A DNA stretch of 64,000 nt. Origin: an uncultured Pelagibacteraceae bacterium (lineage in GTDB: Bacteria; Pseudomonadota; Alphaproteobacteria; Pelagibacterales; Pelagibacteraceae). Under the pieces are notes generated by a model. The model did no database searches. It worked only from the letters and a program-made list of their open reading frames with translations, and had not been told where the DNA came from. Every line of letters begins with the position of its first letter. Positions within the stretch are counted from its first letter, which is position 1. Made by a program: the position numbers and the translations under genes. Where the stretch lies: NCBI GenBank assembly GCA_902582105.1, contig CACHQT010000001.1, forward strand, positions 10,681-74,680, given 5' to 3'. Shown piece after piece: positions 53,191-63,999 of this stretch.

Positions 53191-53300
53191 TAGAATAAGT
53201 TAGTACAATTGTCACAATATTATACTTATCAATTGACGCACCCCAAACTACAACTATAAGGAGACTTTATATTAAATCAAAAATTCTGTAAGCATTATTT

Positions 53301-54113
53301 ATGTTCTCTTTTTTTAAAAAAAAAAAAATTATTCCACACATAAGGCTGTCCGGTGTCATTGGTTCTGCTGGAAGATTTAAACAAGGTATTGATTTTTCAG
53401 GCCAGCAAGAGATTATAAAAAAAGCTTTTTCATTTAAAAAGTCTGAAAACATAGCAATATCAATTAATTCTCCAGGTGGCTCACCTGTCCAATCTCATTT
53501 AATTCATGACTATATAAGGCAGTTGGCTAAAAAAAATAAAAAAAAAGTTATAGTTTTTGCTGAAGATGTTGCAGCATCTGGTGGATACTTAATAGCTTGT
53601 GCGGGAGATGAAATATATGCGAATTCAAGTTCTATAGTAGGTTCAATTGGAGTTATCTCAGCCTCATTTGGTTTTCAGGATGCTATCAAAAAAATTGGTG
53701 TTCAAAGAAGGGTTTATACTGCTGGAAAAAATAAAAGCACTTTAGATCCTTTTAAAGAAGAAAAAGAAGAAGATATTGAAAGAATAAAAAAATTACAACT
53801 AGAGCTTCATTCAGATTTTATTGAAGTTGTAAAAAAAAGCAGGGGCTCAAAACTTAAAGATACTGAAAAAAATAATATTTTTACAGGAGAATTTTGGTCA
53901 GGAACCACATCAATGAAATTAGGATTAATAGATGGCATTGGTAATGCAGAGCAAATTTTAAGAGAAAAATTTGGAGAAGATATAGTTATTAAAAAACTAG
54001 AGAAGCAAAAAAGTTTTATAGCAAAAAAACTTTCATCTTCAATAGATAATCAAATTGATAGTATAGCTAGCGTTATAGAAGAAAGAGCCTTGTGGCAAAA
54101 ATTTGGTTTATAG
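53301..54113 (+). CDS. sppA: S49 family peptidase (SppA/SohB-like)
   Basis: INSPGGSPVQS, DVAASGGY, VGSIGV, FTGEFW. Confidence 0.88.
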   Translation: MFSFFKKKKIIPHIRLSGVIGSAGRFKQGIDFSGQQEIIKKAFSFKKSENIAISINSPGGSPVQSHLIHDYIRQLAKKNKKKVIVFAEDVAASGGYLIACAGDEIYANSSSIVGSIGVISASFGFQDAIKKIGVQRRVYTAGKNKSTLDPFKEEKEEDIERIKKLQLELHSDFIEVVKKSRGSKLKDTEKNNIFTGEFWSGTTSMKLGLIDGIGNAEQILREKFGEDIVIKKLEKQKSFIAKKLSSSIDNQIDSIASVIEERALWQKFGL

Positions 54114-55004
54114 ATGCCAAAAAAAAAAAAGATAAAGAAAAAAAATAAACCTACATTTCAATCTTTTCAAGATACAATCTTGAACTTACAAAAATATTGG
54201 AGCAAACATGGTTGTGTTATTGTACAACCTTATGACATGGAGGTGGGAGCTGGGACTTTTCATCCTGCAACAACCCTAAGATCATTAGGACCCAAACCTT
54301 GGAAAGTTGCATATGTTCAACCATCAAGAAGACCAACTGACGGAAGGTATGGAGACAATCCAAATAGACTACAACATTATTATCAATTTCAAGTTTTAAT
54401 AAAGCCATCTCCAAAAGAAATAAAAAAACTTTATTTAAATAGCTTAAACGTTATTGGGATCAGCCACAAAGATCACGATATTAGATTCGTTGAAGACGAC
54501 TGGGAAAGTCCAACTCTTGGAGCGGCAGGGCTTGGGTGGGAAGTTTGGTGTGATGGAATGGAAATTACACAATTTACTTATTTTCAACAAATGGCAGGCA
54601 TGGAATGTAAACCAGTTTCTGTTGAATTAACCTACGGTCTTGAAAGAATCTGTATGTTTACCCAGCAAAAAAAAAATGTGTTTGATCTTTTGTGGAACAA
54701 CGAGGGAGTTCAATATAGAGAAGTATTTCATCAAGCTGAAAGAGAATTTTCTGCTTATAATTTTGAACATGCAAATACTGAAAATTTATTTAAGATTTTT
54801 GATATGTTGGAATTAGAAGCTAAATCTTTGGTAGAAAAAAAATTATCTTTGCCAGCTTATGATCAATGTCTAAAAGCTAGCCATGTTTTTAATGTTTTAG
54901 ATGCAAGAGGTGTAATAAGTGTTGCGCAAAGAGCAGAATATATTGGAAGAATAAGAGATATAACTAAAGGTGTTGCAGAAATTTGGGTAAGTAGTCAAAA
55001 ATAA
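54114..55004 (+). CDS. glyQ: Glycine-tRNA ligase alpha subunit
   Basis: [36 protein letters not shown]. Confidence 0.98.
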   Translation: MPKKKKIKKKNKPTFQSFQDTILNLQKYWSKHGCVIVQPYDMEVGAGTFHPATTLRSLGPKPWKVAYVQPSRRPTDGRYGDNPNRLQHYYQFQVLIKPSPKEIKKLYLNSLNVIGISHKDHDIRFVEDDWESPTLGAAGLGWEVWCDGMEITQFTYFQQMAGMECKPVSVELTYGLERICMFTQQKKNVFDLLWNNEGVQYREVFHQAEREFSAYNFEHANTENLFKIFDMLELEAKSLVEKKLSLPAYDQCLKASHVFNVLDARGVISVAQRAEYIGRIRDITKGVAEIWVSSQK

Positions 55005-55006
55005 AA

Positions 55007-57073
55007 ATGGCCGAATTTTTTTTAGAACTTTTCAGCGAAGAAATACCTCCTAACCTACAAAAAAATGCAAGAAAATTTTTTTTGGAAAGTTTTCAAAAAT
55101 TATTTGAGGAAAAAAAATTAAAATTTAAAAAATCAGCTTCTTACTCAACACCTAATAGACTAATAGTTTTATTTGAAGGTCTAGACAAAGAAATAAAAGA
55201 AAAATCTGAAGAAATTAGAGGCCCCAACATAAACGCTCAAGAAAAAGCCTTAGAAGGATTTTTAAGATCAAATAAAATAACTGAAAATAAAATTTTTAAA
55301 AAAAAAACTGAAAAAGGGGAATTTTATTTTTTTAAAAAAGAAGAAAAAATTATAAGAACTTTCGATTTATTGGAAAAAAATATTCCCTTAATTTTAGATA
55401 GATTACCCTGGAAAAAATCAATGAAATGGGCAGATTTTGATATGGAATGGGGAAGACCTTTGAAATCAATTTTGTGTATTTTTGATAATAAAAGCTTACC
55501 ATTTAAATTTCATCATTTAGAAAGCTCAAATACAACATTTCTCGACAAAGATTTTGAGGAGAAAAAAGTCATGTTCAAGAATTTTAAAAGCTATCAGAGT
55601 TATTTTAAAAAAATAGGCACTATTATCGATCAAAATTCCAGAATGAAGTTAATTGAAAATTCACTAAAAAAAATTTCAGAAAGAAAAAATCTTAAGCTAG
55701 ACATTAATACTAAACTTTTAAATGAAGTGGTCAATTTAGTAGATAAACCATATATTTTAAGTTGCAAATTTGATAAAAAATTCTTGGAAATACCAAAAGA
55801 GATTCTTATTATTACTATGCAATATCATCAAAAGTATTTTCACACTCTTGATCAAAAAGAAAATATCACCAACGAATTTTTTGTTGTAGCAAACAGCAAA
55901 GACCCAAAAGGTTTTGTAAAATTAGGAAATGAAAGAGTTGTGGATGCAAGATTAAATGATGCTAGATTTTTTTGGGAAAAAAATAAATCTCAAAACTTAA
56001 TTAAACAAATATCAAAATTAAAATCGATCAATTATTTTGAAGGACTGGGATCTTATTTTGATAAAGTTCAAAGAATGAGAAAGCTTGGCGGTATGATTTC
56101 AGACGAAATGCTCATAAGTAAAGATAAAGTAGAACTTTCAACATCTATATGTAAAATAGATTTAATTTCAGACATTGTTAATGAATTCCCCGAGCTTCAA
56201 GGAATAATGGGAGGATATTTCGCAAGCTCCCAAGGATTTGATAAAGATATTTCTTTAGCAATAAGCGAACATTATTTACCCACGGGATTAGATAGCAGAG
56301 TTTCAAAGAAACCTTTTAGTATTACTTTAGCTTTAACTGATAAGCTGGATACTCTTGTAGGTTTTTTTGGAATTAATCAAAAACCCACTAGCTCAAAAGA
56401 TCCGTATGCATTAAGAAGATCAGCTTTAGGAATAATCAGACTAATATTAGAAAATAAAAAAGAATTTAAATTAAGTGATTTAATAAACTATTCAATATCA
56501 CTTTATAAAGATCAAGGATTTAAGTTTAATAATGACAATGTTCAAAAAGATTTATCTTTATTTTTGGTTGATAGATTAAAGTTCTATATGAAAGAAAAAG
56601 ATATTCGTTATGATATTATTGAAGCAAGCATAAATTCCTTTTCAATAGATAATGTGTCAAAAATTTATAATAAGGCAATAGCTTTAAATAAATTTATTAT
56701 TAATAGTTTTGGAAAAGATATAATTGCTAGCTACAAAAGAGCTTCAAATATTTTGGAGAACGAACTTAAAAGTAAAGAATTAGATCTTTCAAATACGACT
56801 GATCCTGGAATTTTCAAAAATGACTATGAAAAAAATTTATATAAAAAAATACATGAATTAAGAAAATACTTTACAAGCATTAATAAAGATGAGGATTATC
56901 AAGTAACTCTTGGAAATCTAGCTGATGCTAAATTAACTATTAATGAATTTTTTGATAATGTGATTGTTAATGATGAAGATCAGAGTATAAAAAAAAATCG
57001 ATTGGAACTTTTACAAATGTTATGTAAAACATTTGACAATTATATAAATTTTTCAAATATTGAAACTACTTAG
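55007..57073 (+). CDS. glyS: Glycine-tRNA ligase beta subunit
   Basis: LELFSEEIP, TPNRL, EFPELQG, SSKDPYALRR, NRLELL. Confidence 0.96.
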   Translation: MAEFFLELFSEEIPPNLQKNARKFFLESFQKLFEEKKLKFKKSASYSTPNRLIVLFEGLDKEIKEKSEEIRGPNINAQEKALEGFLRSNKITENKIFKKKTEKGEFYFFKKEEKIIRTFDLLEKNIPLILDRLPWKKSMKWADFDMEWGRPLKSILCIFDNKSLPFKFHHLESSNTTFLDKDFEEKKVMFKNFKSYQSYFKKIGTIIDQNSRMKLIENSLKKISERKNLKLDINTKLLNEVVNLVDKPYILSCKFDKKFLEIPKEILIITMQYHQKYFHTLDQKENITNEFFVVANSKDPKGFVKLGNERVVDARLNDARFFWEKNKSQNLIKQISKLKSINYFEGLGSYFDKVQRMRKLGGMISDEMLISKDKVELSTSICKIDLISDIVNEFPELQGIMGGYFASSQGFDKDISLAISEHYLPTGLDSRVSKKPFSITLALTDKLDTLVGFFGINQKPTSSKDPYALRRSALGIIRLILENKKEFKLSDLINYSISLYKDQGFKFNNDNVQKDLSLFLVDRLKFYMKEKDIRYDIIEASINSFSIDNVSKIYNKAIALNKFIINSFGKDIIASYKRASNILENELKSKELDLSNTTDPGIFKNDYEKNLYKKIHELRKYFTSINKDEDYQVTLGNLADAKLTINEFFDNVIVNDEDQSIKKNRLELLQMLCKTFDNYINFSNIETT

Positions 57074-59733
57074 TGACTAAATTAATTTTAAATTTTAAAT
57101 CAAAGGAAATACCAAAAATAAAGAATCCTAAAAACTTTTTAGGGGGCAAGGGAGCAAACCTTGCCCAAATGGGTAAAATGGGACTACCAGTTCCATCGGG
57201 ATTTACAATTTCAACAAAAGTGTGTGAGTTATTTTACAAGAATAAAAAAAAACTTAATTCAAAAATTATTAAAAATATAGAAAAAGAACTCAAAAAAGTT
57301 GAGAAGGAGTCTGGAAAAAAATTTGGTGATTTACAAAATCCCTTACTGGTATCGGTGAGATCAGGCGCCAGAATATCCATGCCTGGCATGATGGATACAA
57401 TTTTAAACCTTGGTTTAAATGATAAAACAGTTTTAGCTTTGGGAAAAAAGACTTCCAATATTAGATTTGCAAAAGACAGCTATAGAAGATTTATTCAAAT
57501 GTATTCAAATGTTGTTTTGGGTGTTGCAAGCTACAATTTTGAAGAATTGATTGAAAACTACAAACTTACAAAGGGAGTTCTTCTAGATACAGAATTAGAT
57601 GCTGATGATTGGGATGGTTTAATTAATGATTTTAAACAAGTTGTTAAAGAAAAAACAAAAAAAGAATTTCCACAGGACGTATATGAACAATTGGTCGGAG
57701 CTATTTCTGCTGTATTTTTATCTTGGGAGAGTAATAGAGCTAAAGTTTATAGAAAGCTTAACCATATTCCTTCAGATTGGGGAACGGCAGTTAATGTACA
57801 ATCAATGGTTTTTGGTAATATGGGTAATGATTGCGCTACAGGAGTTGCATTTACGAGAAACCCATCTGATGGAGAAAAGGAGATTTATGGAGAGTATTTA
57901 ATTAATGCTCAAGGGGAGGATGTAGTTGCTGGCACAAGAACTCCTCAGTATATAACTAAAAAAGCAAAAAAACTTGCAAACTCAAAAGAAAGTTCCATGG
58001 AAGAAAATATGCCTAAAATCTTTAAAGAATTAAAAAAAATTCTTAAAATTTTAGAAAAACATTTTAAAGATATGCAGGACGTTGAGTTTACAGTTGAAAA
58101 TAAAAAACTTTGGATTTTGCAAACTAGATCAGGCAAAAGAACAGCAAAATCTTCAGTCAAAATTGCAGTAGATATGGTTAAAGAAAAAATAATTTCAAAA
58201 AAACAAGCAATTTTAAGAATAGATCCTAATACTTTAGAAACTCTTTTACATCCAAGTTTAGATGAAAAAAGTGAACTGAATGTAATAGCCAAAGGTCTAC
58301 CAGCATCTCCAGGAGCTGCGAGTGGAAAAGTAGTTTTTTCATCAGATGAAGCAGAAAGACTCAGTGATGTTATGCAAAATACAATTTTAGTAAGAATAGA
58401 AACTTCTCCTGACGACATTCATGGAATGCATGCAGCAAAAGGAATTCTAACTGCTAGAGGAGGAATGACTAGCCACGCAGCGGTTGTAGCTAGAGGAATG
58501 GGAAGACCTTGTGTATCAGGTTCTAGCGAGATTGATATTGATTATAAGAATAAATTATTCAAGACAAAAAACTATGAAATTAAAGAAGGCGATGTAATTA
58601 CTATTGATGGATCGACGGGTAGAATAATTTTAGGAAAAGTTAAAACAATTAAACCAGAGATTTCCAATGATTTTTCAAAAGTTTTAAATTGGGCAGATAG
58701 TTTAAGAAAATTAAAAATTAGAACAAATTCTGAAACTCCACTTGATAGTAAAATTGCTAGAGAATTTGGCGCCGAAGGTATTGGCTTGTGTAGAACAGAG
58801 CATATGTTTTTTGAAGAAGAGAGAATTCTTTCGGTCAGACAAATGATATTGTCAAAATCAAAAGAAGATAGAGACAAAGCTCTAGATAAGTTGTTACCTC
58901 ACCAAAAGAATGATTTTGTTGAAATATTTAAAATAATGAATGGACTGCCAGTTACAGTAAGGTTGCTGGATCCGCCTTTGCACGAATTTTTACCAAAAAA
59001 TGAAAATGAAATAAATGATGTGGCTAAATCACTTAATTTATCTACCGAAGAAGTTAAAGCAAGAACTGGTGAACTCCATGAACATAATCCAATGCTTGGA
59101 CATAGAGGATGCAGGTTAGGAATTTCTTTTCCAGAGATTTATGAAATGCAATGTAAAGCTATATTTGAAGCTCTAGTCGAGTGTAAAAGAAAAAAATTAA
59201 AACCTATTATGCCAGAAATAATGATTCCATTAATTTCTACAGAGGCTGAAATAAAAATTATGAAAGATTTGGTAATTAGAGTGGCAAGACAAGTTCAGGA
59301 TGAAAACAAAGTTAAAATAAATTTTCTAGTAGGTACAATGATAGAACTTCCAAGAGCAGCTTTAAAAGCAAAAGATATTGCAAAACATGCAGAATTTTTT
59401 AGTTTTGGAACTAACGATCTGACACAAACAACATTTGGAATTAGCAGAGATGATAGTGGAAAGTTCTTAAGTGATTACTTAGAAAATAAGATTTTTGATA
59501 TAGATCCGTTCATATCAATTGATGAAGGAGTTGGAGATTTAATTGAAATTGCAACTTTAAGAGGAAAGAAACAAAATAAAAAAATTAAACTAGGAATATG
59601 TGGAGAGCATGGAGGAGATCCAAAAAGTATTTATTTTTGTTCTAAAACAGGTTTGGATTATGTTTCTTGTTCACCTTATAGAGTTCCTGTTGCAAGATTA
59701 TCGGCAGCTCAAGCTGAAATTAAAAAGAATTAA
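57073..59733 (+). CDS. ppdK: Pyruvate, phosphate dikinase
   Basis: LGGKGANLA, SMPGMMDT, GGMTSHAAVVARG, GIGLCRTEHMF, SFGTNDLTQ, GICGEHGG. Confidence 0.97.
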   Translation: MTKLILNFKSKEIPKIKNPKNFLGGKGANLAQMGKMGLPVPSGFTISTKVCELFYKNKKKLNSKIIKNIEKELKKVEKESGKKFGDLQNPLLVSVRSGARISMPGMMDTILNLGLNDKTVLALGKKTSNIRFAKDSYRRFIQMYSNVVLGVASYNFEELIENYKLTKGVLLDTELDADDWDGLINDFKQVVKEKTKKEFPQDVYEQLVGAISAVFLSWESNRAKVYRKLNHIPSDWGTAVNVQSMVFGNMGNDCATGVAFTRNPSDGEKEIYGEYLINAQGEDVVAGTRTPQYITKKAKKLANSKESSMEENMPKIFKELKKILKILEKHFKDMQDVEFTVENKKLWILQTRSGKRTAKSSVKIAVDMVKEKIISKKQAILRIDPNTLETLLHPSLDEKSELNVIAKGLPASPGAASGKVVFSSDEAERLSDVMQNTILVRIETSPDDIHGMHAAKGILTARGGMTSHAAVVARGMGRPCVSGSSEIDIDYKNKLFKTKNYEIKEGDVITIDGSTGRIILGKVKTIKPEISNDFSKVLNWADSLRKLKIRTNSETPLDSKIAREFGAEGIGLCRTEHMFFEEERILSVRQMILSKSKEDRDKALDKLLPHQKNDFVEIFKIMNGLPVTVRLLDPPLHEFLPKNENEINDVAKSLNLSTEEVKARTGELHEHNPMLGHRGCRLGISFPEIYEMQCKAIFEALVECKRKKLKPIMPEIMIPLISTEAEIKIMKDLVIRVARQVQDENKVKINFLVGTMIELPRAALKAKDIAKHAEFFSFGTNDLTQTTFGISRDDSGKFLSDYLENKIFDIDPFISIDEGVGDLIEIATLRGKKQNKKIKLGICGEHGGDPKSIYFCSKTGLDYVSCSPYRVPVARLSAAQAEIKKN

Positions 59734-60563
59734 ATTTCTAATTTTAAATCTATAGAATTAAAAGAATGCGTTAAAGATCCAATGGAAATTCTTTTAACAC
59801 CTGTGCTAGCAATTTTTTTTACATTTTTTAATGTAATGCCTCCCGAGGCTTCTGTTTCATAAAATTTTTTTGATAGTTTTACACCTTTTCTTAAAATTTT
59901 AGGACTCATATTATCAAACAATACTCGGTCAAATTTTAAACCAATTACCTTTTTTAATTGACTAAGATTATCTATTTCAACTGTAATTTTTTTACCCTTT
60001 TTTTTCTTTATAGCTAATTTAATTAATTTTTTTATATCTGCGCTTGCAACATGGTTATCCTTTATCAAATATTCGTCACTTAAATTAAATCTGTGATTAA
60101 TTCCACCTCCTAATTTTACAGCATATTTTTGAATTACTCTTAGATTTGGTATTGTTTTCCTTGTACAACAAATTTTGCTTTTTTTTCCTACTTTTTTTAC
60201 AAAGCGATCAGTTGTAGTAGCAATTCCTGATATGTGAGATAAGAAATTTAATGCAATTCTTTCTCCGGTTAATATATGTTTTATATTACCCTCTATTGTA
60301 GCAATTAGATCACCTTTTTTAATTTTAGATCCTTCTTTTTTTTTTAAATTAATTCTGATTTTTTTATCTATTAATTTAAATGTTTGTTTAGCAAACTCTA
60401 ATCCGCCTATTATTCCAGATTGATTGGAAATTAATTTTACTTTTTTTTTAACATTATTTTTTAAAAGATTTGAAGAAATATCTCCTGAAGGATAAAGATC
60501 TTCATTTAAAGCTGATTTGCAAATGCCTCGTATAAAATTTTTACTTAGATTTATTTTTGACAC
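59730..60563 (-). CDS. nadC: Quinolinate phosphoribosyltransferase
   Basis: EDL..GDI, TRKT.P, HRFNLSD..LIKDNH, EASGG, ISIGSLTHS. Confidence 0.94.
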   Translation of the reverse strand: MSKINLSKNFIRGICKSALNEDLYPSGDISSNLLKNNVKKKVKLISNQSGIIGGLEFAKQTFKLIDKKIRINLKKKEGSKIKKGDLIATIEGNIKHILTGERIALNFLSHISGIATTTDRFVKKVGKKSKICCTRKTIPNLRVIQKYAVKLGGGINHRFNLSDEYLIKDNHVASADIKKLIKLAIKKKKGKKITVEIDNLSQLKKVIGLKFDRVLFDNMSPKILRKGVKLSKKFYETEASGGITLKNVKKIASTGVKRISIGSLTHSFNSIDLKLEI

Positions 60564-60568
60564 AGACT

Positions 60569-61558
60569 TTATCTGCCTATTTTTGTCATTCTTTCTACTG
60601 ATTTTCTTGCTTTCTCAATAGTTACTTCATCCATTAAAATTTCGTTAGTTTCATTTTGTAGGCAGTCTAAAATTTTTGGTAGAGTAATTTTTTTCATATG
60701 AGGACATAAGTTGCATGGTCTTATAAATTTAACATTTGGGTTATCAACTTGGACATTGTCGCTCATCGAACACTCCGTAACCATCATAACTTTTTCTGGC
60801 TGATTATCTTTTACATATTTTATCATTCCACTAGTGGATCCGGTAAAATCACTTGCATTTATAACATCAGGAGGACACTCGGGATGTGCTATTACTTTAA
60901 TTCCAGGATTATTTTTTCTAATTTCATTTATTTCTTGATCGTTAAATTGTTCATGCACTTCACATGTTCCTTTCCAAGATATTATTTCAACATCTGTTTG
61001 AGAAGCTACATATTTTGCCAAGTAGTCATCGGGTAAAAAAATTACTTTTTTAACACCAAGAGAATTTACTATTTTAACAGCATTTGCTGAAGTACAACAA
61101 ACATCAGTCTCAGATTTTACATCTGCTGAAGTGTTAACATATGACACAACAGGCACACCTGGATATTTTTTTTTCAAATTTCTTACATCTTCACCTGTAA
61201 TAGAGGACGACAATGAACAACCTGCACTCATATCTGGAAGTAAAACTTTTTTATTTGGACTCATAAGCTTTGCAGTTTCCGCCATGAAGTGGACACCACA
61301 CATAACAATAATATCTGCTTTTGTTTTTGCTGCTTCAACAGCTAAAGCAAGTGAGTCAGCTGAAAAATCTGATATCCCATGATATATTTCTGGAGTTTGA
61401 TAATTGTGAGCAAGTATAACTGCGTTCTTCTCTTTTTTTAATTTATTGATTGCATAAATATAAGGGGCATGACTTGACCATTCAATCTCAGGAACAGCCT
61501 TTGAAATTTTTTGATAAATTGGTTCTGTTGCTTTTCTTATTTCAGCAGTAAACTCCAT
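60569..61558 (-). CDS. nadA: Quinolinate synthase
   Basis: LAHNYQ, CGVHFMAETAK, GCSL, YVNTSA, AHPECP, CPHM; start placed at ATG 61558. Confidence 0.96.
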   Translation of the reverse strand: MEFTAEIRKATEPIYQKISKAVPEIEWSSHAPYIYAINKLKKEKNAVILAHNYQTPEIYHGISDFSADSLALAVEAAKTKADIIVMCGVHFMAETAKLMSPNKKVLLPDMSAGCSLSSSITGEDVRNLKKKYPGVPVVSYVNTSADVKSETDVCCTSANAVKIVNSLGVKKVIFLPDDYLAKYVASQTDVEIISWKGTCEVHEQFNDQEINEIRKNNPGIKVIAHPECPPDVINASDFTGSTSGMIKYVKDNQPEKVMMVTECSMSDNVQVDNPNVKFIRPCNLCPHMKKITLPKILDCLQNETNEILMDEVTIEKARKSVERMTKIGR

Positions 61559-61574
61559 ATTTAAATCTATCAAC

Positions 61575-61603
61575 TTGCAACATAAATGTCATTCAATTAT
61601 TCT
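61575..61603 (+). promoter_or_regulatory. Putative promoter of tRNA-Leu
   Basis: TTGCAA (61575-61580), 17-nt spacer, TATTCT (61598-61603), ending 9 nt before the tRNA. Confidence 0.55.
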
Positions 61604-61612
61604 GACGCATGA

Positions 61613-61698
61613 GCGGCCATGCTGAAATTGGTAGACAGGCACGGTTGAGGGCCGTGTGGGCCTAGCCCATGAGAGTTCAAGTCTCTCTGGCCGCACCA
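61613..61698 (+). tRNA. tRNA-Leu (GAG)
   Basis: GCGGCCA acceptor stem, CACGG-TTGAGGG-CCGTG anticodon arm, long variable arm, GTTCAA, TGGCCGCACCA. Confidence 0.95.
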
Positions 61699-61706
61699 TT
61701 TCTAAT

Positions 61707-62594
61707 TTATTTTAACCATTCCGGTTTTAAAACCTTTATTAATGCAGAACCACAGTCTAATTTTTTATCAAAATCAAAATTTTCATCTTTAAATTTAATC
61801 AGTCCAAAAGGATATTTTTCGCTAATTAATATTTTACCTAGATCTTTTTTGTTAATTGATACTTGGTCATCAATTTTTATTACTCCATCTAGAACTCTAA
61901 TTGGTAATAATTTCTTTGAAAGTTTATTTTTTAGTTTAATTCTTGCTGTATTTTCCTGTCCTACGTAACAACCTTTTTTAAAATCTATTCCATTTAATTC
62001 TTCAAAATTACACTCAATTCCAAAAAGTTTATTTTGTAATTTATCAGTATTTAGTTGCGAAACGCCCAATCTAAAACTAAAATCATAATAATCTTTGCTT
62101 ATCGCAGATTTTAACTCTAATTTTTTGACTGAAAGATAGAGCTTTTCCAAATTAATTATGAGTCTTCCTCCCAACTCTTTATTTCTTGGATCTAAAAATA
62201 TTGGGTCTTCTCTGTACTTTGTAGTAAAACCATTTTCTTCTATGACATTTTTAAAGGATAAAAATTTTTCCTTACTTATCGCCGCTACCACAAACTCATT
62301 ACTCAGGTTTAAAATTTCTACTTTAGACCTTAATTTATAAGCTAGTAATTGTTTATAAAGTTGGTCTATTTGTTTTCTTTCACAATCAAAGAAATAACCT
62401 TTTTTATGTTTTACAATTATAAAATCAAAAAGATATTTACCCTGAGGTGTGAGCAAAGAAGCAAAGCAACTCATACTATCTGTTACTTTAGTAATATCGT
62501 TAGTTATTATATTTTGTATATATTCTAGAACGTCTTCCCCATGAATATAGAGTATTCCCCTATCCTCTAATGTATAAATATTATCTTTGTTCAT
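61707..62594 (-). CDS. ygfZ: Folate-binding Fe-S cluster repair protein YgfZ
   Basis: LLTPQGK and KKGCYVGQE signature. Confidence 0.93.
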   Translation of the reverse strand: MNKDNIYTLEDRGILYIHGEDVLEYIQNIITNDITKVTDSMSCFASLLTPQGKYLFDFIIVKHKKGYFFDCERKQIDQLYKQLLAYKLRSKVEILNLSNEFVVAAISKEKFLSFKNVIEENGFTTKYREDPIFLDPRNKELGGRLIINLEKLYLSVKKLELKSAISKDYYDFSFRLGVSQLNTDKLQNKLFGIECNFEELNGIDFKKGCYVGQENTARIKLKNKLSKKLLPIRVLDGVIKIDDQVSINKKDLGKILISEKYPFGLIKFKDENFDFDKKLDCGSALIKVLKPEWLK

Positions 62595-62637
62595 AATTGA
62601 TTATTCTTGATTTATAATATAATTACTTTTTTCAAAA

Positions 62638-63945
62638 ATGTTAGACCTTATAATTAAAAACGGGGATTGTTTTATCAATGGAAAACTTGAAAAAAAGGAC
62701 ATTGGAATAGCAGATGGTAAAATTGTTCAAATAGAAGACTCTATTGAAGAATCATCAAAAAATATTTTGGATGCAAATGAGCTAATTGTTTTACCAGGAT
62801 GTATTGATACCCAAGTTCATTTCAGAGAACCAGGTTCTACAGATACAGAGGATCTAAATAGCGGAAGTAAAGCTGCAGTAGCAGGAGGTATAACAGGTGT
62901 ATTTGAAATGCCAAATACAAATCCACCAACTGCAAATGAGAAAGAGTTTCAAAAAAAATTAGATTTAGCAAAAGGTAGAATGTTTTGTAACTATGCCTTC
63001 TACTTTGGTGCAACTCCCACTAATCAGTCTGAGTTATCAAAACTTAAAAATTTAGAAGGATGTTGCGGAGTAAAATTATTTGCAGGATCATCAACTGGTA
63101 ATTTACTTGTACACAAGGAAGAAGATATAGAAAAAGTTTTTGAGCATACATCTAAAGTAGTTGCGGTACATTCTGAGGATGAAGATATTCTTAATCAGAG
63201 AAAAAAATTAAGAGAAAATGGAAATGTTCTTAGCCATCCAATTTGGCGAAATGTAGAGTCTGCGATGTCCTCAACAAGAAGAATAGTTAAAATTGCAAAA
63301 CGTCTAAATAAAAAAGCGCATATACTTCATGTGACAACTAAAGAAGAGGTAGATTTTTTATCTCAGAATAAAGGTAATATTACTTTTGAAATTACTCCTC
63401 AACATTTAACAATATATTCACCAGACTGTTACCAAACAATTGGAACCTACGCACAAATGAATCCGCCTATCAGGGATAAATCTCACTATGATCGATTATG
63501 GTATGCAGTGAGAAATAATTATAATGATACTATTGGATCAGATCATGCCCCACACTTAAAAGTAAATAAGGATAAAGAGTACCCAAATTCCCCATCAGGT
63601 ATGCCAGGCGTTCAAACTTTACTATCAGTAATGCTTAATCATATTAATGATGGAAAACTAAAATTAGACCAATTAGTAAAATTTTTATGCGAAAACCCTG
63701 TTAAAATTTTTGGAATTAAAAACAAAGGATATATCAAAAAAGATTTTGATGCTGATTTTACAATAATAGATTTAAAAAAAGTTATAGAAATTAAAAATGA
63801 AAATATTCAAAGTAAGTGCGGCTGGTCACCTTTTAATGGATATAAATTTAAAGGTACGCCCGTTGCAACGATTGTTAATGGTGAAATTAAAATGAAAAAT
63901 GGTAAATTATTAGGACAACCGTCTGGTAAACCAATGCTATTTTAG
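62638..63945 (+). CDS. pyrC: Dihydroorotase (long type)
   Basis: PGCIDTQVHFREPG, EMPNT, MNPPIR, GSDHAPH. Confidence 0.9.
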   Translation: MLDLIIKNGDCFINGKLEKKDIGIADGKIVQIEDSIEESSKNILDANELIVLPGCIDTQVHFREPGSTDTEDLNSGSKAAVAGGITGVFEMPNTNPPTANEKEFQKKLDLAKGRMFCNYAFYFGATPTNQSELSKLKNLEGCCGVKLFAGSSTGNLLVHKEEDIEKVFEHTSKVVAVHSEDEDILNQRKKLRENGNVLSHPIWRNVESAMSSTRRIVKIAKRLNKKAHILHVTTKEEVDFLSQNKGNITFEITPQHLTIYSPDCYQTIGTYAQMNPPIRDKSHYDRLWYAVRNNYNDTIGSDHAPHLKVNKDKEYPNSPSGMPGVQTLLSVMLNHINDGKLKLDQLVKFLCENPVKIFGIKNKGYIKKDFDADFTIIDLKKVIEIKNENIQSKCGWSPFNGYKFKGTPVATIVNGEIKMKNGKLLGQPSGKPMLF

Positions 63946-63999
63946 AATATTATTTTTTCTAAGATCTTCTTCTATCTCTTTTAATATTGCAGGATCATC
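63937..63999 (-). CDS. C-terminal fragment of a gene running off the window, probably an acyl-CoA synthetase (PrpE/Acs-like)
   Basis: Reverse strand reads ...DDPAILKEIEEDLRKNNILK*; DDPAIL.EI resembles the PrpE/Acs C-terminus; only 20 codons visible. Confidence 0.5.
   Translation of the reverse strand, partial: DDPAILKEIEEDLRKNNILK

Noticed and set aside
53255-53290. SD-like AAGGAGA followed by a possible ATT-started six-codon ORF upstream of sppA
   Set aside because: It is too short to support, and the purine run overlaps a candidate -10 box (TTGACG-N16-TATAAG), so it may not be transcribed
61669-61968. 99-aa ORF
   Set aside because: It starts inside tRNA-Leu and runs antisense to ygfZ
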